Made by a program: the position numbers and the translations under genes
Notes under the pieces: model-generated
Databases searched by the model: none
What the model was told of the DNA's origin: nothing
What the model saw: the letters and a program-made list of their open reading frames with translations, nothing else
Part shown: piece after piece, positions 1-14,500 of the stretch
How positions within the stretch are numbered: the first letter of the stretch is position 1
How the letters are laid out: the number at the start of each line of letters is the position of its first letter
Assembly: GCF_009914755.1 (NCBI RefSeq)
Contig: NC_060939.1
From: the human T2T-CHM13v2.0 reference genome, Homo sapiens
Reading direction: 5' to 3' (one strand)
DNA: 64,000 nucleotides

Positions 1-3000
1 TTTTGTTCCAGTCCATTCCTTTCGCGTCCATTCCATTCCATTTCACTCCATTCGATTCCATTCCACTCGATTCCACTTCGTTCCATTTCATTGCATTCCA
101 TTCTATTCAACTCTATTGCCTTCCATTCCATTCCATTCGATTACATTCCATGCGATTCCATTCGAAATCGAATCAATTACATTGCAATCCATTACTATTG
201 AGTCCGTTTTATTCCAGTCCACTGCATTCTGGTCCATTCCATTTGATTCCGTTCCATTCTATTCCATTCCATACAGTTGCATTCCATTGGATTCCATGCT
301 ATATCTATAAATTCAATTCGAGACCATTGCTTTTGAGTCCATTCTATATGATTCCATTCCATTCAAGTCCATTACATTTGGTTCAATTCCATTCCATTCC
401 ATTCCGTTCCATTCCATTCCATTTGATATCAATCCATTCGATTCCATTCCATTCGAGCACATTCCATTCGAGTCCATTCCATTCGAAGCCATTCCATTTG
501 ATTCTATTCCATTAGTCTCCATTCAATTCCATTAATCTCCATTCCATTCCATTCTACTCCAACTGATTCCATTTCATTCTATTCCTTTCCATTCCATTTC
601 ATTCCATTCCATTCCATTCGTGTCCATTCCACTCCAATCCATTCCATTCGTGTCCATTCCTTTCCAGTCCATTCCATTTGTGTCCACTGCATTCCATTCC
701 ACTCCATTCCATATTATTCCATTACACTCCATTCCATTCTATTACTTTCATTTCCATTCAATTCCATTCCATTTGATTCCATTCCACTCGGTTTCATTCC
801 ATTTGAGTCCACTCCATTCCATTCCATTGCATTCCATTCAGTTCCATTCCATTCTGTTCCATTCCATTCCGTTCCATTACATTCCATTCCATTCGGTACC
901 ATTGCATATTGTTCCATTCGGTTCCATTCGAATCCATTCCATTCCAGTCCATTCCATTCGATTCCATTCCATTCATTTCAATTCCATTCCATTCCATTCC
1001 ATTACATTCCACTTGATTCCTCTCCATTCCCTTCCACTGCATTCCGTTCGATTCCATTCCATTGCATTGCATTCCATTCCATTGGATTGCATTCCATTCG
1101 ATTCCATTCCATTCGAATCAATTACATAGCAATCCATTACATTCGAGTCTATTCTATTCCGTTCCATTCGATTTCGTTCCAATCCATTCGATTCCATTCC
1201 ATTCGATTCCATTCCATACTATTGCATTCCATTCGATTACATTATATTCGAATAAGTTCCATTCAAGACCATTTCTTTTGAGTCCATTCTATTTGAGTCC
1301 ATTCCCTTTGATTCCATAACATTTGAGTCCATTCAATTCCATTCCTTTCGTTTCCATTCCATTTGATGCCATTCCATTCAATTCTGTTCTACTCGACTCC
1401 AATACATTCAATTCCATTCCATCCGATTCCATTACATTCTTTTCATTTCTTATCCATTTCAAGCCATTCCACTCCATTCCATTCCACTCGTTTCCTTTCC
1501 ATTCGAGTCCATTCCTCTCCAGTCCATTCCGTTCAATCCATTCCATTCCAGTCCATTCCATTCGAGTCCGTTCCATTTCAGTCCATTCCATTCGAGTCAA
1601 TTCCATCCCATTCGATGTCTTTCCATAACGATCCATTCCATTCTATTCCTTTCGATTCCATTCCATTCTATTTCATTCCATTCGATTCCCTTCCATTGGA
1701 CTCCTTTCCATTCGAGTGCATTCCATTCTGTTCCATGTCTTTCCGTTCTGTACGATTCCTACCGTTCGATTTCATTTTGTTCCAGTCCATTCCTTTCGCG
1801 TCCATTCCATTCCATTTCACTCCATTCGATTCCATTCCACTCGATTCCACTTCGTTCCATTTCATTGCATTCCATTCTATTCAACTCTATTGCCTTCCAT
1901 TCCATTCCATTCGATTACATTCCATGCGATTCCATTTGAAATCGAATCAATTACATTGCAATCCATTACTATTGAGTCCGTTTTATTCCAGTCCACTGCA
2001 TTCTGGTCCATTCCATTTGATTCCATTCCATTCTATTCCATTCCATACAGTTGCATTCCATTGGATTCCATGCTATATCTATAAATTCAATTCGAGACCA
2101 TTGCTTTTGAGTCCATTCTATATGATTCCATTCCATTCAAGTCCATTACATTTGGATCAATTCCATTCCATTCCATTCCCTTCCATTCCATTCCAGTTGA
2201 TATCAATCCTTTCGATTCCATTCCATTCGAGCACATTCCATTCGAGTCCATTCCATTCGATGCCATTCCATTTGATTCTATTCCATTAGTCTCCATTCAA
2301 TTCCATTAATCTCCATTCCATTCCATTCTACTCCAACTGATTCCATTCCATTCTATTCCTTTCCATTCCATTTCATTCCATTCCATTCCATTTCATTCCA
2401 TTCCATTCCATTCGTGTCCATTCCACTCCAGTCCATTCCACTTGTGTCCATTCCATTCCAGTCCATTCCATTTCTGTCCATTCCATTTGTGTCCACTGCA
2501 TTCCATTCCACTCCATTCCATATTATTCCATTACACTCCATTCCATTCTATTACTTTCATTTCCATTCAATTCCATTCCATTTGATTCCATTCCACTCGG
2601 TTTCATTCCATTTGAGTCCACTCCATTCCATTCCATTCCATTCCATTCCATTCCATTCAGTTCCATTCCATTCTGTTCCATTCCATTCCGTTCCATTACA
2701 TTCCATTCCATTCGGTACCATTCCATATTGTTCCATTCGATTCCATTCGAATCCATTCCATTCCAGTCCATTCCATTCGATTCCATTCCATTCATTTCAA
2801 TTCCATTCCATTCCATTCCATTACATTCCACTTGATTCCTCTCCATTCCCTTCCACTGCATTCCGTTCGATTCCATTCCATTGCATTGCATTCCATTCCA
2901 TTGGATTGCATTCCATTCGATTCCATTCCATTCGAATCAATTACATAGCAATCCATTACATTCGAGTCTATTCTATTCCGTTCCATTCGATTTCGTTCCA

Positions 3001-5379
3001 ATCCATTCGATTCCATTCCATTCGATTCCATTCCATACTATTGCATTTCATTCGATTACATTATATTCGAATAAGTTCCATTCAAGACCATTTCTTTTGA
3101 GTCCATTCTATTTGAGTCCATTCCCTTTGATTCCATAACATTTGAGTCCATTCAATTCCATTCCTTTCGTTTCCATTCCATTTGATGCCATTCCATTCAA
3201 TTCTGTTCTACTCGACTCCAATACATTCAATTCCATTCCGTCCGATTCCATTACATTCTTTTCATTTCTTATTCATTTCAAGCCATTCCACTCCATTCCA
3301 TTCCACTCGTTTCCTTTCCATTCGAGTCCATTCCTCTCCAGTCCATTCCGTTCAATCCATTCCATTCCAGTCCATTCCATTCGAGACCGTTCCATTCCAG
3401 TCCATTCCATTCGAGTCAATTCCATCCCATTCGATGTCTTTCCATAACGATCTATTCCATTCTATTCCTTTCGATTCCATTCCATTCTATTTCATTCCAT
3501 TCGATTCCCTTCCATTGGACTCCTTTCCATTCGAGTGCATTCCATTCCGTTCCATTTCTTTCCGTTCTGTACGATTCCTACCGTTCGATTTCATTTTGTT
3601 CCAGTCCATTCCTTTCGCGTCCATTCCATTCCATTTCACTCCATTTGATTCCATTCCACTCGATTCCACTTCGTTCCATTTCATTGCATTCCATTCTATT
3701 CAACTCTATTGCCTTCCATTCCATTCCATTCGATTACATTCCATGCGATTCCATTCGAAATCGAATCAATTACATTGCAATCCATTACTATTGAGTCCAT
3801 TTTATTCCAGTCCACTGCATTCTGGTCCATTCCATTTGATTCCATTCCATTCTATTCCATTCCATACAGTTGCATTCCATTGAACTCCATTGTATATCTA
3901 TAAATTCAATTCGAGACCATTGCTTTTGAGTCCATTCTATATGATTCCATTCCATTCAAGTCCATTACATTTGGTTCAATTCCATTCCATTCCATTCCCT
4001 TCCATTCCATTCCAGTTGATATCAATCCATTCGATTCCATTCCATTCGAGCACATTCCATTCGAGTCCATTCCATTCGATGCCATTCCATTTGATTCTAT
4101 TCCATTAGTCTCCATTCAATTCCATTAATCTCCATTCCATTCCATTCTACTCCAACTGATTCCATTCCATTCTATTCCTTTCCATTCCATTTCATTCCAT
4201 TCCATTCCATTTCATTCCATTCCATTCCATTCCATTCCATTCGCTTCCATTCCATTCGTGTCCATTGCATTCCAGTCCATTCCATTTGTGTCCACTGCAT
4301 TCCATTCCACTCCATTCCATATTATTCCATTACACTCCATTCCATTCTATTACTTTCATTTCCATTGAATTCCATTCCATTTGATTCCATTCCACTCGGT
4401 TTCATTCCATTTGAGTCCACTCCACTCCATTCCATTCCATTCCATTCCATTCAGTTCCATTCCATTCTGTTCCATTCCATTCCGTTCCATTGCATTCCAT
4501 TCCATTCGGTACCATTCCATATTGTTCCATTCGATTCCATTCGAATCCATTCCATTCCAGTCCATTCCATTCGATTCCATTCCATTCCTTTCAATTCCAT
4601 TCCATTCCATTCCATTCCACTTGATTCCACTCCATTCCCTTCCACTGCATTCCATTGCATTGCATTCCATTCCATTGGACTGCATTCCATTCGATTCCAT
4701 TCCATTCGAATCAATTACATAGCAATCCATTACATTCGAGTCTATTCTATTGCGTTCCATTCGATTTCGTTCCAATCCATTCGATTCCATTCCATTCGAT
4801 TCCATTCCATACTATTGCATTCCATTCTATTACATTATATTCGAATAAGTTCCATTCAAGACCATTTCTTTTGAGTCCATTCTATTTGAGTCCATTCCCT
4901 TTGATTCCATAACATTTGAGTCCATTCAATTCCATTCCTTTCGTTTCCATTCCATTTGATGCCATTCCATTCAATTCTGTTCTACTCGACTCCAATACAT
5001 TCAATTCCATTCCATCCGATTCCATTACATTCTTTTCATTTCTTATCCATTTCAAGCCATTCCACTCCATTCCATTCCACTCGTTTCCTTTCCATTCGAG
5101 TCCATTCCTCTCCAGTCCATTCCGTTCAATCCATTCCATTCCAGTCCATTCCATTCGAGTCTGTTCCATTCCAGTCCATTCCATTCGAGTCAATTCCATC
5201 CCATTCGATGTCTTTCCATAACGATCCATTCCATTCTATTCCTTTCGATTCCATTCCATTCTATTTCATTCCATTCGATTCCCTTCCATTGGACTCCTTT
5301 CCATTCGAGTGCATTCCATTCCGTTCCATTTCTTTCCGTTCTGTACGATTCCTACCGTTCGATTTCATTTTCTTCCAGT

Positions 5380-8300
5380 CCATTCTTTCGCGTCCATTCC
5401 ATTCCATTTCACTCCATTCGATTCCATTCCACTCGATTCCACTTCGTTCCATTTCATTGCATTCCATTCTATTCAACTCTATTGCCTTCCATTCCATTCC
5501 ATTCGATTACATTCCATGCGATTCCATTCGAAATCGAATCAATTACATTGCAATCCATTACTATTGAGTCCGTTTTATTCCAGTCCACTGCATTCTGGTC
5601 CATTCCATTTGATTCCATTCCATTCTATTCCATTCCATACAGTTGCATTCCATTGGATTCCATGCTATATCTATAAATTCAATTCGAGACCATTGCTTTT
5701 GAGTCCATTCTATATGATTCCATTCCATTCAAGTCCATTACATTTGGTTAAATTCCATTCCATTCGGTTCAATTCCATTCCATTCCATTCCCTTCCATTC
5801 CATTCCAGTTGATATCAATCCATTCGATTCCATTCCATTCGAGCACATTCCATTCGAGTCCATTCCATTCGATGCCATTCCATTTGATTCTATTCCATTA
5901 GTCTCCATTCAATTCCATTAATCTCCATTCCATTCCATTCTACTCCAACTGATTCCATTCCATTCTATTCCTTTCCATTCCATTTCATTCCATTCCATTC
6001 CATTCCATTCCATTCCATTCCATTCCATTCCATTCGTGTCCATTCCACTCCAGTCCATTCCATTCGTATCCATTCCATTCCAGTCCATTCCATTTGTGTC
6101 CACTGCATTCCATTCCACTCCATTCCATATTATTCCATTACACTCCATTCCATTCTATTACTTTCATTTCCATTCAATTCCATTCCATTTGATTCCATTC
6201 CACTCGGTTTCATTCCATTTGAGTCCACTCCATTCCATTCCATTCCATTCAGTTCCATTCCATTCTGTTCCATTCCATTCCGTTCCGTTACATTCCATTC
6301 CATTCGGTACCATTCCATATTGTTCCATTCGATTCCATTCGAATCCATTCCATTCCAGTCCATTCCATTCGATTCCATTCCATTCATTTCAATTCCATTC
6401 CATTCCATTCCATTACATTCCACTTGATTCCTCTCCATTCCCTTCCACTGCATTCCGTTCGATTCCATTCCATTGCATTGCATTCCATTCCATTGGATTG
6501 CATTCCATTCGATTCCATTCCATTCGAATCAATTACATAGCAATCCATTACATTCGAGTCTATTCTCTTCCGTTCCATTCGATTTCGTTCCAATCCATTC
6601 GATTCCATTCCATTCGATTCCATTCCATACTATTGCATTCCATTCGATTACATTATATTCGAATAAGTTCCATTCAAGACCATTTCTTTTGAGTCCATTC
6701 TATTTGAGTCCATTCCCTTTGATTCCATAACATTTGAGTCCATTCAATTCCATTCCTTTCGTTTCCATTCCATTTGATGCCATTCCATTCAATTCTGTTC
6801 TACTCGACTCCAATACATTCAATTCCATTCCATCCGATTCCATTACATTCTTTTCATTTCTTATCCATTTCAAGCAATTCCACTCCATTCCATTCCACTC
6901 GTTTCCTTTCCATTCGAGTCCATTCCTCTCCAGTCCATTCCGTTCAATCCATTCCATTCCAGTCCATTCCATTCGAGTCCGTTCCATTCCAGTCCATTCC
7001 ATTCGAGTCAATTCCATTCCATTCGATGTCTTTCCATAACGATCCATTCCATTCTATTCCTTTCGATTCCATTCCATTCTATTTCATTCCATTCGATTCC
7101 CTTCCATTGGACTCCTTTCCATTCGAGTGCATTCCATTCCGTTCCATTTCTTTCCGTTCTGTACGATTCCTACCGTTCGATTTCATTTTGTTCCAGTCCA
7201 TTCTTTCGCGTCCATTCCATTCCATTTCACTCCATTCGATTCCATTCCACTCGATTCCACTTCGTTCCATTTCATTGCATTCCATTCTATTCAACTCTAT
7301 TGTCTTCCATTCCATTCCATTCCATTACATTCCATGCGATTCCATTCGAAATCGAATCAATTACATTGCAATCCATTACTATTGAGTCCGTTTTATTCCA
7401 GTCCACTGCGTTCTGGTCCATTCCATTTGATTCCATTCCATTCTATTCCATTCCATACAGTTGCATTCCATTGGATTCCATGCTATATCTATAAATTCAA
7501 TTCGAGACCATTGCTTTTGAGTCCATTCTATATGATTCCATTCCATTCAAGTCCATTACATTTGGTTAAATTCCATTCCATTCGGTTCAATTCCATTCCA
7601 TTCCATTCCCTTCCATTCCATTCCAGTTGATATCAATCCATTCGATTCCATTCCATTCGAGCACATTCCATTCGAGTCCATTCCATTCGATGCCATTCCA
7701 TTTGATTCTATTCCATTAGTCTCCATTCAATTCCATTAATCTCCATTCCATTCCATTCTACTCCAACTGATTCCATTCCATTCTATTCTTTTCCATTCCA
7801 TTTCATTCCATTCCATTCAATTCCATTCCATTCCATTCCATTCGTGTCCATTCCACTCCAGTCCATTCCATTGGTATCCATTCCATTCCAGTCCATTCCA
7901 TTTCTGTCCACTGCATTCCATTCCACTCCATTCCATATTATTCCATTACACTCCATTCCATTCTATTACTTTCATTTCCATTCAATTCCATTCCATTTGA
8001 TTCCATTCCACTCGGTTTCATTCCATTTGAGTCCACTCCATTCCATTCCATTCCATTCAGTTCCATTCCATTCTGTTCCATTCCATTCCGTTCCATTACA
8101 TTCCATTCCATTCGGTACCATTCCATATTGTTCCATTCGATTCCATTCGAATCCATTCCATTCCAGTCCATTCCATTCGATTCCATTCCATTCATTTCAA
8201 TTCCATTCCATTCCATTCCATTACATTCCACTTGATTCCTCTCCATTCCCTTCCACTGCATTCCGTTCGATTCCATTCCATTGCATTGCATTCCATTCCA

Positions 8301-11300
8301 TTGGATTGCATTCCATTCGATTCCATTCCATTCGAATCAATTACATAGCAATCCATTACATTCGAGTCTATTCTCTTCCGTTCCATTCGATTTCGTTCCA
8401 ATCCATTCGATTCCATTCCATTCGATTCCATTCCATACTATTGCATTCCATTCGATTACATTATATTCGAATACGTTCCATTCAAGACCATTTCTTTTGA
8501 GTCCATTCTATTTGAGTCCATTCCCTTTGATTCCATAACATTTGAGTCCATTCAATTCCATTCCTTTCGTTTCCATTCCATTTGATGCCATTCCATTCAA
8601 TTCTGTTCTACTCGACTCCAATACATTCAATTCCATTCCATCCGATTCCATTACATTCTTTTCATTTCTTATCCATTTCAAGCCATTCCACTCCATTCCA
8701 TTCCACTCGTTTCCTTTCCATTCGAGTCCATTCCTCTCCAGTCCATTCCGTTCAATCCATTCCATTCCAGTCCATTCCATTCGAGTCCGTTCCATTCCAG
8801 TCCATTCCATTCGAGTCAATTCCATTCCATTCGATGTCTTTCCATAACGATCCATTCCATTCTATTCCTTTCGATTCCATTCCATTCTATTTCATTCCAT
8901 TCGATTCCCTTCCATTGGACTCCTTTCCATTCGAGTGCATTCCATTCCGTTCCATTTCTTTCCGTTCTGTACGATTCCTACCGTTCGATTTCATTTTGTT
9001 CCAGTCCATTCTTTCGCGTCCATTCCATTCCATTTCACTCCATTCGATTCCATTCCACTCGATTCCACTTCGTTCCATTTCATTGCATTCCATTCTATTC
9101 AACTCTATTGCCTTCCATTCCATTCCATTCCATTACATTCCATGCGATTCCATTCGAAATCAAATGAATTACATTGCAATCCATTACTATTGAGTCCGTT
9201 TTATTCCAGTCCACTTCATTCTGGTCCATTCCATTTGATTCCATTCCATTCTATTCCATTCCATACAGTTGCATTCCATTGGATTCCATTGTATATCTAT
9301 AAATTCAATTCGAGACCATTGCTTTTGAGTCCATTCTATATGATTCCATTCCATTCAAGTCCATTACATTTGGTTAAATTCCATTCCATTCGGTTCAATT
9401 CCATTCCATTCCATTCCATTCCATTCCATTCCAGTTGATATCAATCCATTCGATTCCATTCCATTCGAGCACATTCCATTCGAGTCCATTCCATTCGATG
9501 CCATTCCATTTGATTCTATTCCATTAGTCTCCATTCAATTCCATTAATCTCCATTCCATTCCATTCTACTCCAACTGATTCCATTCCATTCTATTCCTTT
9601 CCATTCCATTTCATTCCATTCCATTCCATTCCATTCCATTCCATTCCATTCCATTCGTGTCCATTCCACTCCAGTCCATTCCATTCGTATCCATTCCATT
9701 CCAATCCATTCCATTTGTGTCCACTGCATTCCATTCCACTCCATTCCATATTATTCCATTACACTCCATTCCATTCTATTACTTTCATTTCCATTCAATT
9801 CCATTCCATTTGATTCCATTCCACTCGGTTTCATTCCATTTGAGTCCACTCCATTCCATTCCATTCCATTCAGTTCCATTCCATTCTGTTCCATTCCATT
9901 CCGTTCCGTTACATTCCATTCCATTCGGTACCATTCCATATTGTTCCATTCGATTCCATTCGAATCCATTCCATTCCAGTCCATTCCATTCGATTCCATT
10001 CCATTCCTTTCAATTCCATTCCATTCCATTCCATTACATTCCACTTGATTCCTCTCCATTCCCTTCCACTGCATTCCGTTCGATTCCATTCCATTGCATT
10101 GCATTCCATTCCATTGGATTGCATTCCATTCGATTCCATTCCATTCGAATCAATTACATAGCAATCCATTACATTCGAGTCTATTCTCTTCCGTTCCATT
10201 CGATTTCGTTCCAATCCATTCGATTCCATTCCATTCGATTCCATTCCATACTATTGCATTCCATTCGATTACATTATATTCGAATACGTTCCATTCAAGA
10301 CCATTTCTTTTGAGTCCATTCTATTTGAGTCCATTCCCTTTGATTCCATAACATTTGAGTCCATTCAATTCCATTCCTTTCGTTTCCATTCCATTTGATG
10401 CCATTCCATTCAATTCTGTTCTACTCGACTCCAATACATTCAATTCCATTCCATCCGATTCCATTACATTCTTTTCATTTCTTCTCCATTTCAAGCCATT
10501 CCACTCCATTCCATTCCACTCGTTTCCTTTCCATTCGAGTCCATTCCTCTCCAGTCCATTCCGTTCAATCCATTCCATTCCAGTCCATTCCATTCGAGTC
10601 CGTTCCATTCCAGTCCATTCCATTCGAGTCAATTCCATTCCATTCCATGTCTTTCCATAACGATCCATTCCATTCTATTCCTTTCGATTCCATTCCATTC
10701 TATTTCATTCCATTCGATTCCCTTCCATTGGACTCCTTTCCATTCGAGTGCATTCCATTCCGTTCCATTTCTTTCCGTTCTGTACGATTCCTACCGTTCG
10801 ATTTCATTTTGTTCCAGTCCATTCTTTCGCGTCCATTCCATTCCATTTCACTCCATTCGATTCCATTCCACTCGATTCCACTTCGTTCCATTTCATTGCA
10901 TTCCATTCTATTCAACTCTATTGCCTTCCATTCCATTCCATTCGATTACATTCCATGCGATTCCATTCGAAATCGAATCAATTACATTGCAATCCATTAC
11001 TATTGAGTCCGTTTTATTCCAGTCCACTGCATTCTGGTCCATTCCATTTGATTCCATTCCATTCTATTCCATTCCATACAGTTGCATTCCATTGGATTCC
11101 ATGCTATATCTATAAATTCAATTCGAGACCATTGCTTTTGAGTCCATTCTATATGATTCCATTCCATTCAAGTCCATTACATTTGGTTAAATTCAATTCC
11201 ATTCGGTTCAATTCCATTCCATTCCATTCCCTTCCATTCCATTCCAGTTGATATCAATCCATTCGATTCCATTCCATTCGAGCACATTCCATTCGAGTCC

Positions 11301-11500
11301 ATTCCATTCGATGCCATTCCATTTGATTCTATTCCATTAGTCTCCATTCAATTCCATTAATCTCCATTCCATTCCATTCTACTCCAACTGATTCCATTCC
11401 ATTCTATTCCTTTCCATTCCATTTCATTCCATTCCATTCCATTCCATTCCATTCCATTCCATTCGTGTCCATTCCACTCCAGTCCATTCCATTCGTATCC
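5380..11500 (+). repeat. Local subfamily of 4 consecutive HOR units (1-bp deletion plus 20-bp duplication)
   Basis: CATTCTTTCGCG instead of CATTCCTTTCGCG at ~5385, ~7203, ~9011 and ~10824. GGTTAAATTCCATTCCATTC-GGTTC duplication at ~5746, ~7564, ~9372 and ~11185. GTATCC variant at ~6066, ~7874, ~9687 and ~11495. KpnI spacings 1798/1808/1813/1808. Confidence 0.9.
5986..6035 (+). repeat. Perfect (CATTC)10 tract in the length-variable head region of a unit
   Basis: Ten uninterrupted CATTC pentamers immediately before GTGTCC. This is the longest pure run I noticed. Confidence 0.8.
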
Positions 11501-14500
11501 ATTCCATTCCAGTCCATTCCATTTGTGTCCACTGCATTCCATTCCACTCCATTCCATATTATTCCATTACACTCCATTCCATTCTATTACTTTCATTTCC
11601 ATTCAATTCCATTCCATTTGATTCCATTCCACTCGGTTTCATTCCATTTGAGTCCACTCCATTCCATTCCATTCCATTCAGTTCCATTCCATTCTGTTCC
11701 ATTCCATTCCGTTCCATTACATTCCATTCCATTCGGTACCATTCCATATTGTTCCATTCGATTCCATTCGAATCCATTCCATTCCAGTCCATTCCATTCG
11801 ATTCCATTCCATTCATTTCAATTCCATTCCATTCCATTCCATTACATTCCACTTGATTCCTCTCCATTCCCTTCCACTGCATTCCGTTCGATTCCATTCC
11901 ATTGCATTGCATTCCATTCCATTGGATTGCATTCCATTCGATTCCATTCCATTCGAATCAATTACATAGCAATCCATTACATTCTAGTCTATTCTATTCC
12001 TTTCCATTCGATTTCGTTCCAATCCATTCAATTCCATTCCATTCGATTCCATTTCATACTATTGCATTCCATTCGATTACATTATATTCGAATAAGTTCC
12101 ATTCAAGACCATTTCTTTTGAGTCCATTCTATTTGAGTCCATTCCCTTTGATTCCATAACATTTGAGTCCATTCAATTCCATTCCTTTCGTTTCCATTCC
12201 ATTTGATGCCATTCCATTCAATTCTGTTCTACTCGACTCCAATACATTCAATTCCATTCCATCCAATTCCATTACATTCTTTTCATTTCTTATCCATTTC
12301 AAGCCATTCCACTCCATTCCATTCCACTCGTTTCCTTTCCATTCGAGTCCATTCCTCTCCAGTCCATTCCGTTCAATCCATTCCATTCCAGTCCGTTCCA
12401 TTCGAGTCCGTTCCATTCCAGTCCATTCCATTCGAGTCAATTCCATTCCATTCGATGTCTTTCCATAACGATCCATTCCATTCTATTCCTTTCGATTCCA
12501 TTCCATTCTATTTCATTCCATTCGATTCCCTTCCATTGGACTCCTTTCCATTCGAGTGCATTCCATTCCTTTCCATTTCTTTCCGTTCTGTACGATTCCT
12601 ACCGTTCGATTTCATTTTGTTCCAGTCCATTCCTTTCGCGTCCATTCCATTCCATTTCACTCCATTCGATTCCATTCCACTCGATTCCACTTCGTTCCAT
12701 TTCATTGCATTCCATTCTATTCAACTCTATTGCCTTCCATTCCATTCCATTCGATTACATTCCATGCGATTCCATTCGAAATCGAATCAATTACATTGCA
12801 ATCCATTACTATTGAGTCCGTTTTATTCCAGTCCACTGCATTCTGGTCCATTCCATTTGATTCCATTCCATTCTATTCCATTCCATACAGTTGCATTCCA
12901 TTGGATTCCATGCTATATCTATAAATTCAATTCGAGACCATTGCTTTTGAGTCCATTCTATATGATTCCATTCCATTCAAGTCCATTACATTTGGTTCAA
13001 TTCCATTCCATTCCATTCCCTTCCATTCCATTCCAGTTGATATCAATCCCTTCGATTCCATTCCATTCGAGCACATTCCATTCGAGTCCATTCCATTCGA
13101 TGCCATTCCATTTGATTCTATTCCATTAGTCTCCATTCAATTCCATTAATCTCCATTCCATTCCATTCTACTCCAACTGATTCCATTCCATTCTATTCCT
13201 TTCCATTCCATTTCATTCCATTCCATTCCATTCCATTCCATTCCATTCCATTCGTGTCCATTCCACTCCAGTCCATTCCATTCGTGTCCATTCCATTCCA
13301 GTCCATTCCATTTGTGTCCACTGCATTCCATTCCACTCCATTCCATATTATTCCATTACACTCCATTCCATTCTATCACTTTCATTTCCATTCAATTCCA
13401 TTCCATTTGATTCCATTCCACTCGGTTTCATTCCATTTGAGTCCACTCCATTCCATTCCATTCCATTCCATTCAGTTCCATTCCATTCTGTTCCATTCCA
13501 TTCCGTTCCATTACATTCCATTCCATTCGGTACCATTCCATATTGTTCCATTCGATTCCATTCGAATCCATTCCATTCCAGTCCATTCCATTCGATTCCA
13601 TTCCATTCATTTCAACTCCATTCCATTCCATTCCATTACATTCCACTTGATTCCTCTCCATTCCCTTCCACTGCATTCCGTTCGATTCCATTCCATTGCA
13701 TTGCATTCCATTCCATTGGATTGCATTCCATTCGATTCCATTCCATTCGAATCAATTACATAGCAATCCATTACATTCGAGTCTATTCTATTCCGTTCCA
13801 TTCGATTTCGTTCCAATCCATTCGATTCCATTCCATTCGATTCCATTCCATACTATTGCATTCCATTCGATTACATTATATTCGAATAAGTTCCATTCAA
13901 GACCATTTCTTTTGAGTCCATTCTATTTGAGTCAATTCCCTTTGATTCCATAACATTTGAGTCCATTCAATTCCATTCCTTTCGTTTCCATTCCATTTGA
14001 TTCCATTCCATTCAATTCTGTTCTACTCGACTCCAATACATTCAATTCCATTCCATCCGATTCCATTACATTCTTTTCATTTCTTATCCATTTCAAGCCA
14101 TTCCACTCCATTCCATTCCACTCGTTTCCTTTCCATTCGAGTCCATTCCTCTCCAGTCCATTCCGTTCAATCCATTCCATTCCAGTCCATTCCATTCGAG
14201 TCCGTTCCATTCCAGTCCATTCCATTCGAGTCAATTCCATTCCATTCGATGTCTTTCCATAACGATCCATTCCATTCTATTCCTTTCGATTCCATTCCAT
14301 TCTATTTCATTCCATTCGATTCCCTTCCATTGGACTCCTTTCCATTCGAGTGCATTCCATTCCTTTCCATTTCTTTCCGTTCTGTACGATTCCTACCGTT
14401 CGATTTCATTTTGTTCCAGTCCATTCCTTTCGCGTCCATTCCATTCCATTTCACTCCATTCGATTCCATTCCACTCGATTCCACTTCGTTCCATTTCATT

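Noticed and set aside
306-312. TATAAAT TATA-box-like motif once per unit (extended to TATATATATAAA at ~32632, lost at ~18292)
   Set aside because: A short AT-rich variant island in satellite DNA with no associated promoter context or downstream gene; not supportable as a promoter.
1246-1262. Possible heat shock element at TTCGAATAAGTTC
   Set aside because: The spacing does not fit the alternating nGAAnnTTCn pattern, so it is not a canonical HSE.
1289-1636. Minus-strand MEWNG-repeat ORFs
   Set aside because: Direct translation of (GGAAT)n; a well-known spurious product with no evidence of coding.
1363-2289. 308-aa ORF (and its 313/321-aa copies) recurring in most units, plus all other + strand FHSIP-type ORFs
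   Set aside because: (CATTC)n has no stop codons in any frame and translates as HSIPF repeats. Starts are mostly TTG/GTG, there is no recognisable domain, and the frame is broken in several units (1-bp deletions, stops at ~3883, ~36114, ~46874).
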